A stretch of DNA of 64,000 nt from an uncultured Chitinophagaceae bacterium (lineage in GTDB: Bacteria; Bacteroidota; Ignavibacteria; UBA10030; UBA8401), in contig CAYTOA010000001.1 in assembly GCA_964439265.1 (NCBI GenBank), positions 133,236 through 197,235 on the forward strand, read 5' to 3'. Shown here piece by piece: positions 26,762 through 35,802 of the stretch. The notes beneath the pieces are model-generated. The model was not told the origin of the DNA. It saw nothing but the letters and a program-made list of their open reading frames with translations, and searched no databases. Position 1 is the stretch's first letter, and each line of letters starts with the position of its first letter. The position numbers were made by a program, and so were the translations under genes.

Positions 26762-29497
26762 ATGACAGAAAAAGAAACGACTGTCGCCGAGAAGAGGGGA
26801 AGTGCACGCACAGCGAATGTTGCAGCTACGAGCGGACTTACCATCCGGCGTTATTTTACAAAGCCGGGAGTCCATCCGTTTGATGATATCGAATGGGACT
26901 TGCGAACGGCGGTCATTTCTAATGAGAAGGGGGAAAAGATCTTTGAACAAAAGAACGTAGAGATCCCGAAGTCGTGGTCGATGACAGCAACGAACGTCGT
27001 GGTATCAAAGTACTTCCACGGCTTGATCGGATCGCCTGAAAGGGAATCGAGCGTCCGACAACTCGTTGACCGCGTCGCTAAAGCGGCTGCTGCATGGGGA
27101 CGCAAAGGAAACTACTTCAAATCCGAAAATGATGCCGAGATTTTTTACCAGGAATTGTCGTTTCTTCTTGTGAACCAGTACATGGCGTTCAACAGCCCGG
27201 TGTGGTTCAACGTGGGAGTGGAGGAGCATCCGCAGTGTTCGGCCTGTTTCATAAATTCAGTACAGGACACGATGGACTCTATTCTTGAACTTGCGCGCAC
27301 CGAAGGACGGCTGTTTAAATTCGGATCGGGAACCGGTTCAAACCTCTCGACTCTGCGCTCTTCGCGCGAACATCTCTCCGGCGGCGGCACAGCGTCGGGC
27401 CCGGTTTCCTTTATGAAGGGATTTGATGCATTCGCGGGCGTCATTAAGTCAGGAGGAAAAACGCGCCGCGCAGCGAAGATGGTGATCTTGAACGCAGACC
27501 ATCCGGACGTCGTTGATTTCATCAACTGTAAAGCAGAAGAAGAAAAAAAGGCATGGGCGTTGATCGAAGCCGGATATGACGGAGGGTTCAACGTGCCGGG
27601 AGGCGCGTATGATACCATCTCATACCAGAATGCCAACCATTCTGTTCGCGTTACCGATGAGTTTATGAAGGCGGCGCTTGAGGACAAAGAGTGGACAACA
27701 AAAGCAGTACGCGGCGGCAGGGTGATGGACACTTACCGTGCCCGGGACCTGTTGCGCCAGATGGCGGAAGCCGCATGGCTCTGCGGCGATCCGGGAATGC
27801 AGTACGATACGACGGTCAACAATTGGCACACCTCGTCGTCGACGGCCCGCATCAACTCGTCGAACCCGTGCAGCGAGTACATGTACCTCGATGATTCTGC
27901 CTGCAATCTCGCCTCTCTCAATCTTATGAAATTCAGAAGCGACAAGGGTGAGTTCGATATCGAATCGTTCAAGCACGCGGTCGACATCACTATTACGGCC
28001 CAGGAAATTTTCGTCGGCAACGCAAGCTACCCGACGCCCGCGATCGAAAGGAACAGCCACGATTTTCGTCCGCTCGGGCTCGGATACGCGAATCTCGGCG
28101 CTTTGCTGATGGCTCGTGGCCTTGCGTACGACAGCGATGCCGGCCGCGAATATGCCGCCGCCGTTACGTCGCTCATGTGCGGTGAAGCGTATAAGCAATC
28201 GGCGCTCATTGCAAAAGAGATCGGCGCATTTAAGGGCTTTTCCGTGAACCGCGAGCCGATGTTGGGTGTGATGGTCAAGCACAGTCTGTTCGCAGATAAG
28301 ATCAGCGACAACTATGTTCCGAATGAATTGCTTTCGGCGTCGCAAGCAGTGTGGAAAGATGCCATCACGATCGGCAAAGAATACGGATTCCGCAACGGTC
28401 AGGCGACGGTGCTCGCTCCGACGGGAACGATCGGTTTCATGATGGACTGTGATACGACCGGAGTCGAGCCCGATATCGCACTCGTAAAATACAAGAAATT
28501 GGTCGGCGGCGGATTAATGAAAATCGTCAACCAGACAGTTCCGGAAGCGCTAAGAAAACTGGGTTATGACAGCGAGCAGATCGAGCACATCATCAAGTTC
28601 ATTGAAAAGAATGATACGATCGAAGGCGCACCGTATTTGAAAGATGATCATCTTTCGGTGTTTGATTGCGCATTCAAGCCGGCGAAGGGCGAACGCTCTA
28701 TTCAGTACATGGGACACATAAAGATGATGTCGGCGGTTCAGCCCTTCTTGTCGGGCGCGATCTCCAAGACCGTCAATATGCCGAATGAAGTGACGCCGGA
28801 CGAAATTATGCAGGCCTATATCGAGGCATGGAAGCTGGGACTGAAGTCGATCGCAGTGTACCGCGACGGCTGCAAGCGCACACAGCCGCTGAGTACTTCC
28901 CTCGAAAAGAGCGAGAAGCCGAAGGTCCGTCCTGCACGCCGCCGGCTCCCCGATGAACGACAGGCCATTACGCACAAGTTCAGCATCGCGGGACATGAGG
29001 GGTACATTACCGTCGGCCTGTACGAAGATGAGACTCCGGGTGAAGTGTTTATCACGATGTCGAAAGAGGGATCCACCATCTCGGGCATCATGGATGCGCT
29101 GGCAACTTCGGTCTCGCTTGCGTTGCAGTACGGCGTTCCGCTGAAGGTTCTGACGGACAAGTTCACACATATGCGATTCGAACCATCGGGCTTTACGAAC
29201 AACAAGGATATCCCCATCGCAAAGTCGATCTGCGATTATATCTTCCGCTGGCTCGCGATGAAATTCCTGCCGAAAGAAGAGCAGCCGTCAACGAACGTCG
29301 TCGCAGAAACAAAGCAGCTGGAAAAAACCGATGCGAAGCTCGAGTTGAGGCGGGCCTCGGCGATCGAGTCGAACGAGAAGGTTATTTTCCAGACCCAGGC
29401 TGATGCTCCTCCGTGCTCTGAATGCGGCAGCATCATGATTCGTTCTGGAAGCTGCTATAAGTGTCTGCAGTGCGGTTCGACAAGCGGATGCTCATAA
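26762..29497 (+). CDS. nrdJ: Adenosylcobalamin-dependent (class II) ribonucleotide reductase
   Basis: 911 aa with SACFI, GSGTGSNLS, NPCSEY (thiyl Cys), PTGTIG and a C-terminal zinc ribbon CSECGS...CYKCLQCGS. Confidence 0.93.
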   Translation: MTEKETTVAEKRGSARTANVAATSGLTIRRYFTKPGVHPFDDIEWDLRTAVISNEKGEKIFEQKNVEIPKSWSMTATNVVVSKYFHGLIGSPERESSVRQLVDRVAKAAAAWGRKGNYFKSENDAEIFYQELSFLLVNQYMAFNSPVWFNVGVEEHPQCSACFINSVQDTMDSILELARTEGRLFKFGSGTGSNLSTLRSSREHLSGGGTASGPVSFMKGFDAFAGVIKSGGKTRRAAKMVILNADHPDVVDFINCKAEEEKKAWALIEAGYDGGFNVPGGAYDTISYQNANHSVRVTDEFMKAALEDKEWTTKAVRGGRVMDTYRARDLLRQMAEAAWLCGDPGMQYDTTVNNWHTSSSTARINSSNPCSEYMYLDDSACNLASLNLMKFRSDKGEFDIESFKHAVDITITAQEIFVGNASYPTPAIERNSHDFRPLGLGYANLGALLMARGLAYDSDAGREYAAAVTSLMCGEAYKQSALIAKEIGAFKGFSVNREPMLGVMVKHSLFADKISDNYVPNELLSASQAVWKDAITIGKEYGFRNGQATVLAPTGTIGFMMDCDTTGVEPDIALVKYKKLVGGGLMKIVNQTVPEALRKLGYDSEQIEHIIKFIEKNDTIEGAPYLKDDHLSVFDCAFKPAKGERSIQYMGHIKMMSAVQPFLSGAISKTVNMPNEVTPDEIMQAYIEAWKLGLKSIAVYRDGCKRTQPLSTSLEKSEKPKVRPARRRLPDERQAITHKFSIAGHEGYITVGLYEDETPGEVFITMSKEGSTISGIMDALATSVSLALQYGVPLKVLTDKFTHMRFEPSGFTNNKDIPIAKSICDYIFRWLAMKFLPKEEQPSTNVVAETKQLEKTDAKLELRRASAIESNEKVIFQTQADAPPCSECGSIMIRSGSCYKCLQCGSTSGCS

Positions 29498-29528
29498 CAA
29501 TCATCAACGAACAATGATCAATGACCGA

Positions 29529-29556
29529 GCGCCGATGAATGTTCATCGGCGCTTTT
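29529..29556 (+). terminator. Rho-independent terminator after nrdJ
   Basis: 11-bp arms GCGCCGATGAA / TTCATCGGCGC (29529-29539 / 29542-29552), followed by TTTT. Confidence 0.8.
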
Positions 29557-29573
29557 CATTGTATCCCTTCCCC

Positions 29574-29602
29574 TTGAAACTCATTCATTTTTTTTGCATA
29601 AT
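29574..29602 (+). promoter_or_regulatory. Sigma-70-type promoter candidate for the his operon
   Basis: TTGAAA (29574-29579), a 17-nt spacer, then CATAAT (29597-29602). Confidence 0.45.
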
Positions 29603-29609
29603 ATCTCAT

Positions 29610-29638
29610 GGACGTTCTTATGAACGTCCTTATTTTTT
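29610..29638 (+). terminator. Terminator-like hairpin in the hisB leader
   Basis: GGACGTTC-TTAT-GAACGTCC followed by TTATTTTTT, ending 19 nt before the hisB ATG. Confidence 0.45.
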
Positions 29639-29656
29639 CCTCTAAGAATAAAAACT

Positions 29657-30241
29657 ATGCAGACCGCGACTGTTCAGCGAAAAACAAAAGAGACCGACAT
29701 CTCCGTTGTCCTGCGGCTCGACGGAACCGGAAAATATTCCGTCTCGACCGGCATCGGTTTTCTCGACCACATGCTGGAGCTGTTTGCCCGGCACGGAATG
29801 TTTGACATCCAACTGAAGTGCAAAGGAGATCTGCGCGTTGACGACCATCATACGACGGAAGACGTCGCCATAGCCCTCGGGCAGGCGTTCGGCAAGGCCT
29901 TGAAAGAAAGAGCGGGGATCGCCCGCTACGGCTCAGCATACGTGCCGATGGATGAATCTCTTGCACGGTGCGTCGTCGACCTTGGCGGCCGTTCCGCGCT
30001 GGTCTTCAAGGCCGAGTTCAACCGAAAGAGCGTTGGCGACCTGTCGACCGAGATGATCAAACACTTCTTCCTTTCCTTTGCGGAGAACATTAAGGCGAAT
30101 ATCCATGTTGAACTTCTATACGGCTCGAACACGCACCATAAGATAGAGGCGATGTTCAAAGCATTGGCCAGGGCTCTGCGCATTGCATGCGAGAAAGATG
30201 CAAGAGTGAAAGGCGTGCTGTCGACGAAAGGAAAACTCTAG
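29657..30241 (+). CDS. hisB: Imidazoleglycerol-phosphate dehydratase (monofunctional)
   Basis: 194 aa with RKTKETDI, GIGFLDHML, DDHHTTED and HHKIEA motifs. Confidence 0.95.
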   Translation: MQTATVQRKTKETDISVVLRLDGTGKYSVSTGIGFLDHMLELFARHGMFDIQLKCKGDLRVDDHHTTEDVAIALGQAFGKALKERAGIARYGSAYVPMDESLARCVVDLGGRSALVFKAEFNRKSVGDLSTEMIKHFFLSFAENIKANIHVELLYGSNTHHKIEAMFKALARALRIACEKDARVKGVLSTKGKL

Positions 30242-30323
30242 AAAAGTTAAAAATTAAAAGTGAAAAGTTAAAAGCTTGTACGAAGCAATTTTTAACTTTG
30301 AATTTTAAACTTTTAACTTTTTT
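30242..30323. repeat. AT-rich imperfect hairpin between hisB and hisH (AAAAGTTAAAA word family)
   Basis: The left arm AAAAGTTAAAAATTAAAAGTGAAAAGTTAAAAGC has no C until its final base. The right arm GCAATTTTTAACTTTGAATTTTAAACTTTTAACTTTT is nearly G-free. The left arm is 23/26 identical to the reverse complement of 39646-39676. Confidence 0.8.
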
Positions 30324-30326
30324 GCT

Positions 30327-30923
30327 ATGATTGGAATAATCGACTACAAACTTAACAACCTGCGTTCCGTGCAGAAGGCGTTCGAGAAGGTTGGAACATC
30401 CGCGTTCATTTCGAGCGACGCGAAAGAGCTCTCACGCGCCGAAAAACTTGTGCTGCCCGGGGTTGGAGCTTTCGGAAAAGCGATGGAGAACATCAGGGCG
30501 CTCGGACTGGAAGAATTTATCCGCAGCAGCGCAAAGGAGGGCAAGCCGCTCATCGGAATATGCCTTGGAATGCAGCTTCTTTTCACGCGGAGCTCTGAGA
30601 ACGGATTGCACGACGGACTGAATTTGATTGCGGGAGATGTAACGCTGTTTCCGGACAGCGTGAAAGTTCCGCACATCGGATGGAACCAGATAGAAATCCA
30701 GCATGAATCAAAAATTCTGAAATCGGTCGTCGATAAAAGTTTCGTCTACTTTGTCCACTCGTACTACGCACAACCGCAGGAGCAGGTAACATTGACGACA
30801 ACCGAGTACGGCTTTCATTTTACCTCCATTGTTCAGAAGGACGATATTTTCGGCATCCAATTTCATCCTGAAAAAAGCCAGGTAGCCGGTCTTCAAATAT
30901 TGAAAAACTTTTCCGAATTATAG
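30327..30923 (+). CDS. hisH: Imidazole glycerol phosphate synthase, glutamine amidotransferase subunit
   Basis: 198 aa with LPGVGAFG, GICLGMQLL (catalytic Cys) and FHPEKS motifs. Confidence 0.95.
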   Translation: MIGIIDYKLNNLRSVQKAFEKVGTSAFISSDAKELSRAEKLVLPGVGAFGKAMENIRALGLEEFIRSSAKEGKPLIGICLGMQLLFTRSSENGLHDGLNLIAGDVTLFPDSVKVPHIGWNQIEIQHESKILKSVVDKSFVYFVHSYYAQPQEQVTLTTTEYGFHFTSIVQKDDIFGIQFHPEKSQVAGLQILKNFSEL

Positions 30924-30928
30924 GCGCC

Positions 30929-31693
30929 ATGATCCTTATTCTTCCCGCCATCGACATCAAAGATGGAAAATGTGTCCGGCTTGTGCAGGGGGAACCGGGG
31001 ACGGAAAAGATCTACTCCGACGACCCGGCGAAGATGGCGATCCTTTGGCGGGGCGAAAATGCAAAGACTCTCCACGTTGTCGACCTCGACGGGGCGTTCG
31101 AAGGGCATTTGAAAAATCTTGGAGCGATTCAGAAAATAGTTGACGCCGTCGATATCCCGGTACAGCTGGGAGGGGGGATTCGAAGGTATGAAGAGATTCA
31201 GCAATTGTTTGAGGCCGGGGTCTACCGCGTTGTTTTGGGAACAGCAGCGATCGAAGACCCTGAACTTGTGCGGCGCGTTATCGGAGATTTTGGGCCGCGG
31301 AAGGTCGCAGTGGGTATCGATGCGAAGAACGGTGTCGTGATGACGAAGGGCTGGCAGCATGATTCCGGCGTCGATGCGATTTCACTTGCGTTGAAGATGA
31401 AAGAACTTGGCGTTTGCCGGATAGTGTATACGGACATTATGCGCGATGGAATGCTGACCGGTCCGAATTTCGAGGCCATTAAAGAAATAGCGGTGAAGAC
31501 GGGACTCAAGATCACGGCATCGGGGGGCGTCTCCGGTTTCAAGGACCTGATCAGATTACAGGAACTTGAAAAATTCGGCATCGATTCAGTCATCGTCGGA
31601 AAGGCGCTGTACGAAAACAAGTTTCCCTGCCAGGCGCTCTGGCGTTTGAACGAAAAGGTGCTCGACGACCTGGGTCCGACAAGAAGAATCTAG
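30929..31693 (+). CDS. hisA: ProFAR isomerase
   Basis: ILPAIDIKDGKCVRL, VQLGGGIR, and SGGVS...GVIVGKALYE-type motifs. Confidence 0.93.
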   Translation: MILILPAIDIKDGKCVRLVQGEPGTEKIYSDDPAKMAILWRGENAKTLHVVDLDGAFEGHLKNLGAIQKIVDAVDIPVQLGGGIRRYEEIQQLFEAGVYRVVLGTAAIEDPELVRRVIGDFGPRKVAVGIDAKNGVVMTKGWQHDSGVDAISLALKMKELGVCRIVYTDIMRDGMLTGPNFEAIKEIAVKTGLKITASGGVSGFKDLIRLQELEKFGIDSVIVGKALYENKFPCQALWRLNEKVLDDLGPTRRI

Positions 31694-31701
31694 ACAATAA
31701 A

Positions 31702-31806
31702 CAATGAACAATGATCAGTGAACAGTAAAATATAATGCGAGACCGGCTTGTGAACTAAACCCCTAAAACCTCTTTATGATAATTGATCATTGCTCATTGT
31801 TCATTG
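31702..31806. repeat. Inverted repeat between hisA and hisF (CAATGAACAATGATCA word family)
   Basis: CAATGAACAATGA (31702-31714) pairs with TCATTGTTCATTG (31794-31806), and CAATGATCA pairs with TGATCATTG (31784-31792). The loop is ~66 nt. Confidence 0.7.
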
Positions 31807-31812
31807 AAGAAA

Positions 31813-32574
31813 ATGCTCGCTAAACGAATCATACCGTGTTTGGATGTCGACAAAGGACGCGTTGTCAAAGGCGTCAACTTTGTCGGTCTGATCGATGCAG
31901 GCGACCCGGTCGCGCAAGCGAAGTTCTACGATGGCGAAGGAGCCGACGAGCTTGTCTTCCTCGACATTTCTGCTTCCTCCGACAACCGCGCGACGATGCT
32001 CGACGTGGTGCGCCGGACGGCGGAAGAAGTGTTCATTCCGTTCACGATCGGCGGCGGAATCCGGACTGCTGACGACATGCGTGAAATTCTTCGCAGCGGT
32101 GCAGATAAGATCAGTGTCAATACTGCCGCGGTGAAGAATCCTCTCCTTATTGCCGACGGCGCCGAGCGGTTCGGAGTCCAGTGCATCGTCGTTGCGATCG
32201 ATGCAAAACGGACGGCGCTGAAAAATAGCTGGAAGGTTTTTATCAACGGCGGACGGACAGAGACAGATCTCGACGCCGTCGAGTGGGCGCAAAAAGTGGA
32301 ATCGCTCGGCGCCGGAGAAATTCTGCTCACGAGCATGGATCGTGACGGCACGAAAGACGGCTACGATATCGAGCTGCTCCGGGCCGTGACGTCGAGCGTT
32401 AGAATTCCCGTGATCGCAAGCGGCGGCGCGGGAACTCTCGAGCATCTGCTTGCTGCATTCAATGATGGGAAAGCCGATGCCGTTCTTGCTGCATCGATTT
32501 TTCATTTCCGGGAGTATGCGATCCGAGACGCGAAAAAATATTTGTTGTCCAAGAATATCTTGATGCGGAACTAA
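31813..32574 (+). CDS. hisF: Imidazole glycerol phosphate synthase, cyclase subunit
   Basis: [28 protein letters not shown] and ASGGAG motifs. The track start at 31783 lies inside the right arm of the preceding inverted repeat. Confidence 0.94.
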   Translation: MLAKRIIPCLDVDKGRVVKGVNFVGLIDAGDPVAQAKFYDGEGADELVFLDISASSDNRATMLDVVRRTAEEVFIPFTIGGGIRTADDMREILRSGADKISVNTAAVKNPLLIADGAERFGVQCIVVAIDAKRTALKNSWKVFINGGRTETDLDAVEWAQKVESLGAGEILLTSMDRDGTKDGYDIELLRAVTSSVRIPVIASGGAGTLEHLLAAFNDGKADAVLAASIFHFREYAIRDAKKYLLSKNILMRN

Positions 32575-32613
32575 TGGGGATCACTGAAACGGCGCGGAAG
32601 CGCGGAGAAGACG

Positions 32614-33003
32614 ATGAATATATCAGAGCAACTAAAATTTGACGCCGACGGGCTTATCCCTGCGATCGCGCAGGAAGAAACGACGGGCGAGATTCTCATG
32701 ATGGCGTGGATGAACAGGGAAAGCCTGAAAACGACGATTGAGACCAAACGCGCGACGTACTGGAGCCGTTCGCGGAAAAAATTTTGGATGAAAGGTGAGG
32801 AATCGGGAAATATCCAAGAGATACAGTCTATCCATGTGGATTGCGACGGAGACGTCGTCCTGTTGAAAGTCAAACAGATCGGCGGAGCGGCGTGCCATAC
32901 GGGACACCGAACGTGTTTCTACCGGGAGATCGTTGACGGCGGCCGGAATTTTCAGGAATCCAAGGATATCGTTTTTGATCCAAACACCGTCTACGGAAAA
33001 TAA
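32614..33003 (+). CDS. hisI: Phosphoribosyl-AMP cyclohydrolase (monofunctional; no HisE domain)
   Basis: 129 aa with [24 protein letters not shown] and CHTG motifs. Confidence 0.92.
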   Translation: MNISEQLKFDADGLIPAIAQEETTGEILMMAWMNRESLKTTIETKRATYWSRSRKKFWMKGEESGNIQEIQSIHVDCDGDVVLLKVKQIGGAACHTGHRTCFYREIVDGGRNFQESKDIVFDPNTVYGK

Positions 33004-33006
33004 AAC

Positions 33007-33930
33007 GTGAAACTGACAGTCATCGGACACTTGTGCCTCGACGTCATCCACAGGCATGACGGGACGGATAAGAAAGGGTACGGAGGCATTTACTTCGCGG
33101 TTGCCGCACTCGCGAATATTGCGTCGGACGCCGACACAATATTTCCGGTCTTCGGAGTAGGTAAGAAAGAGTTCGATGATGTCCGAACGCTGTTATCAAA
33201 ATATCCGAATATAAATATTGACGGCATCTTTTCATTTGAAGGTGAAACCAATCAAGTGCATCTGTTCTACAGCGACGAGGAAACGAGGACCGAATGTTCG
33301 AAGCATATTTCGTCCCCCATCCCGTTCTCGAGGATCGAGCCGTATCTTTCCGTGCATGGAATTTTTCTTGACATGATCTCCGGATCGGACATCACGCTTG
33401 AGACGCTCGATCAAATCCGCCTTGCCGTCAGGCCGAAGAATATTCCGATTCATCTGGATGTGCATTGCCTGACCCTTGGAGTGGATGCCGAGTTTTCCCG
33501 CTACCGCCGTGCTGTCTCAGAATGGAGACGCTGGTGCTTTATGATCAATTCCGTGCAGATGAACGAGGAAGAGGCGGCCGGACTAACAATGGAACAGTAT
33601 AACGAGGAGACTCTTGCGAAACAGATGCTGCCGCTCATGGTCAACGCAATGTGTGTGACACGCGGGGCAAGGGGCGTCACTGTCTTCCAGCAGGAGCACA
33701 AACATCTTCTGCGAAAGGAGTTTCCCGGCATTCCGACCGGATCGAAAGACCCTACCGGATGCGGAGACGTGTTCGGAGCGGCATTTCTGTACCAATTTTG
33801 CAAGACAAAGAACTTTGAACGATCTGCGGCATACTCCAACGAGGTCGCGGCCTCGAACAGCACGTTTTCCGGTTCGGACGAGATCGACCGGCTGTCACAA
33901 TTCAAGACATCGGGCGAGAACGGAAAATGA
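33007..33930 (+). CDS. PfkB-family carbohydrate / nucleoside kinase
   Basis: 307 aa with the C-terminal PfkB signature DPTGCGDVFGAAF. GTG start, 4 nt after the hisI stop. Confidence 0.8.
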   Translation: MKLTVIGHLCLDVIHRHDGTDKKGYGGIYFAVAALANIASDADTIFPVFGVGKKEFDDVRTLLSKYPNINIDGIFSFEGETNQVHLFYSDEETRTECSKHISSPIPFSRIEPYLSVHGIFLDMISGSDITLETLDQIRLAVRPKNIPIHLDVHCLTLGVDAEFSRYRRAVSEWRRWCFMINSVQMNEEEAAGLTMEQYNEETLAKQMLPLMVNAMCVTRGARGVTVFQQEHKHLLRKEFPGIPTGSKDPTGCGDVFGAAFLYQFCKTKNFERSAAYSNEVAASNSTFSGSDEIDRLSQFKTSGENGK

Positions 33931-34838
33931 AACGTGTACTCATCTGCGGGAGCAACGGTCTCTTCGGTCAACGCCTCGCGTTGACGCTGGGCCACGAAAC
34001 TGAGTACGAAGTACTCAATACCTCGCATCACCGGCTCTTTGTGCTCGATCGCCATCTCTTCGATTACACCCAGCTTGATATTACAAATAAGGGGGATGTC
34101 AAAAGCCTCGTCACAAGTTTTCGGCCGGACATTATTGTGAACGCTGCAGCAATGACGAATGTCGACGCATGCGAAACACAACGCGAGCTTGCGTGGAAGA
34201 TCAACGTCGTCGGCGTCGAAAACCTTGTGGAGGTAGCGCGTCGGATCGATAGTCTGCTCATCCATATTTCGACCGACTATGTGTTCGATGGAAAAGGGGG
34301 GCCCTATAAAGAAACAGACCGGGTCAACCCGGTGAACTATTACGGCAAGACAAAACTCGCCGGAGAGAACGTGATCCTTGCCGGCGGAATTTCCTCTGCC
34401 ATTATGAGGACCATCTCCGTCTACGGAACCGGCATCAACGTGAAAAACAATTTTGCGCTGTGGGTGATCAAGAGTTTGCGGGAAGGAAAAAACATACGCT
34501 GCGTGGACGACCAGATCGGCAATCCGACGCACGTCAGCGACCTCGCAGCGGGCGTGGTCAAGGTAATCGAACAGGGACGGCCGGGACTCTTTCACATCGG
34601 CGGTGCAGAAGCCGTCAGCAGAAATGAATTCGCCGCCAAAGCCGCTGAAGTATTCGGACTCAGCTCATCCCTCATTCAAAAAGCAAAAACCAGCGAACTG
34701 CACCAAACCGCACAGCGCCCGATGGTGACGAGCCTGTCCACACTCAAAGCAGAAAAGGAACTTGATTTCCATCCAATGACGTTAATACAAGGTCTTGAAT
34801 TGCTGAAACGGGAACTCTTACATTTAACGTTGAACTGA
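33927..34838 (+). CDS. RmlD-like SDR (dTDP-4-dehydrorhamnose reductase family)
   Basis: 303 aa with the ICGSNGLFG Rossmann loop and YGKTK (YxxxK). It overlaps the kinase gene by 4 nt (ATGA). Confidence 0.8.
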   Translation: MKRVLICGSNGLFGQRLALTLGHETEYEVLNTSHHRLFVLDRHLFDYTQLDITNKGDVKSLVTSFRPDIIVNAAAMTNVDACETQRELAWKINVVGVENLVEVARRIDSLLIHISTDYVFDGKGGPYKETDRVNPVNYYGKTKLAGENVILAGGISSAIMRTISVYGTGINVKNNFALWVIKSLREGKNIRCVDDQIGNPTHVSDLAAGVVKVIEQGRPGLFHIGGAEAVSRNEFAAKAAEVFGLSSSLIQKAKTSELHQTAQRPMVTSLSTLKAEKELDFHPMTLIQGLELLKRELLHLTLN

Positions 34839-34839
34839 C

Positions 34840-35661
34840 ATGAGCAAAAGATCCTTCCTGCATCGCCCGATTAGGATTGAATCGACAATTGCCGTTGCTG
34901 CGGTCCTTGCGATGGCCTTGAACTCCTGCGCCCCGACGAAGGAAACAACTGCTGCACCGCCGTCGGCCGAAAAGAAAGTTCTCACCGCGACATTCAAAAT
35001 TTTATCGGTGAATGTCCGTCATACCTTAAAGGCGAAGAGCGATGTCCGAAGGCTCGCCAAGCTCATTAAATCGACCTCCGCGGATATTGTTGCGGTTCAA
35101 CAGATAGAGAGGCCGCAGGAGGGAAAGTCAGATTTTGATGCTGTCCAGGAGCTTGCGAAGCAGACGGAGATGTACGACTACTTCGGCAAGGCGAGGTATT
35201 TCGAAGGATTCGACTCGGGTAACGCCCTTTTTAGCACATACCCGGTGAAACAGACCGCTGTCCAGGAACTTCCGGTTGAAGACGGAAAGGTTCGGCGCTC
35301 GCTTGCGTTCGGCGTGATCGACATCGGACTGAAAGAGGTTGGAGTCTCGTCGACCGAACTGGATGATGAATCCTCGTCGCAGCGAGTCAAGGAAGTCGTG
35401 GAGATAACTTCGATTGCACAGTCCTACGACAATGTGCCTGTTATCGTCTGCGGAAACTTCTGTGAGCCGATCTCGGGGAAGGCCGCAGCGAAAATGCAGG
35501 AGCACTTTGCAGTCGCCAATTCACTGCAAGAATCAACTCAAAAAAGCGAACAGCAGGTTTATACCATCAAAGGTCAAAAGGTAGAGCCTCTCTCTATTGA
35601 GAAAGTAAAGTTCGGCGGTTCAGGCGACGCACTGCTTGTAACGATGAAGGTGACACAATAG
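34840..35661 (+). CDS. Endonuclease/exonuclease/phosphatase-fold lipoprotein (possibly catalytically degenerate)
   Basis: Lipobox LNSC; EEP-like strands ILSVNVRH, DIVAVQQIE, GNALFSTYP and VIVCGNFC. Confidence 0.65.
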   Translation: MSKRSFLHRPIRIESTIAVAAVLAMALNSCAPTKETTAAPPSAEKKVLTATFKILSVNVRHTLKAKSDVRRLAKLIKSTSADIVAVQQIERPQEGKSDFDAVQELAKQTEMYDYFGKARYFEGFDSGNALFSTYPVKQTAVQELPVEDGKVRRSLAFGVIDIGLKEVGVSSTELDDESSSQRVKEVVEITSIAQSYDNVPVIVCGNFCEPISGKAAAKMQEHFAVANSLQESTQKSEQQVYTIKGQKVEPLSIEKVKFGGSGDALLVTMKVTQ

Positions 35662-35712
35662 GCAGCGATCAGTGTTCAGTAATCAGTTAATAGTAAACAG
35701 TAGACAGTAGGT
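35662..35712. repeat. Low-complexity CAGT/TAG word tract after the EEP gene
   Basis: GCAGCGATCAGTGTTCAGTAATCAGTTAATAGTAAACAGTAGACAGTAGG uses the same vocabulary as 7320-7345. Confidence 0.6.
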
Positions 35713-35802
35713 CGTAGATGGCAATGAGTAAGAAGTTTGAAGAATCAAAAGCTAAAACCTAATACCTAGTATTCAACAATGCAGCATTAAAAACAGAAAT
35801 CG

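Noticed and set aside
33501-34595. 364-aa minus-strand ORF
   Set aside because: It is antisense to the PfkB kinase and RmlD-like genes, both of which carry family motifs. The minus-strand product has none.
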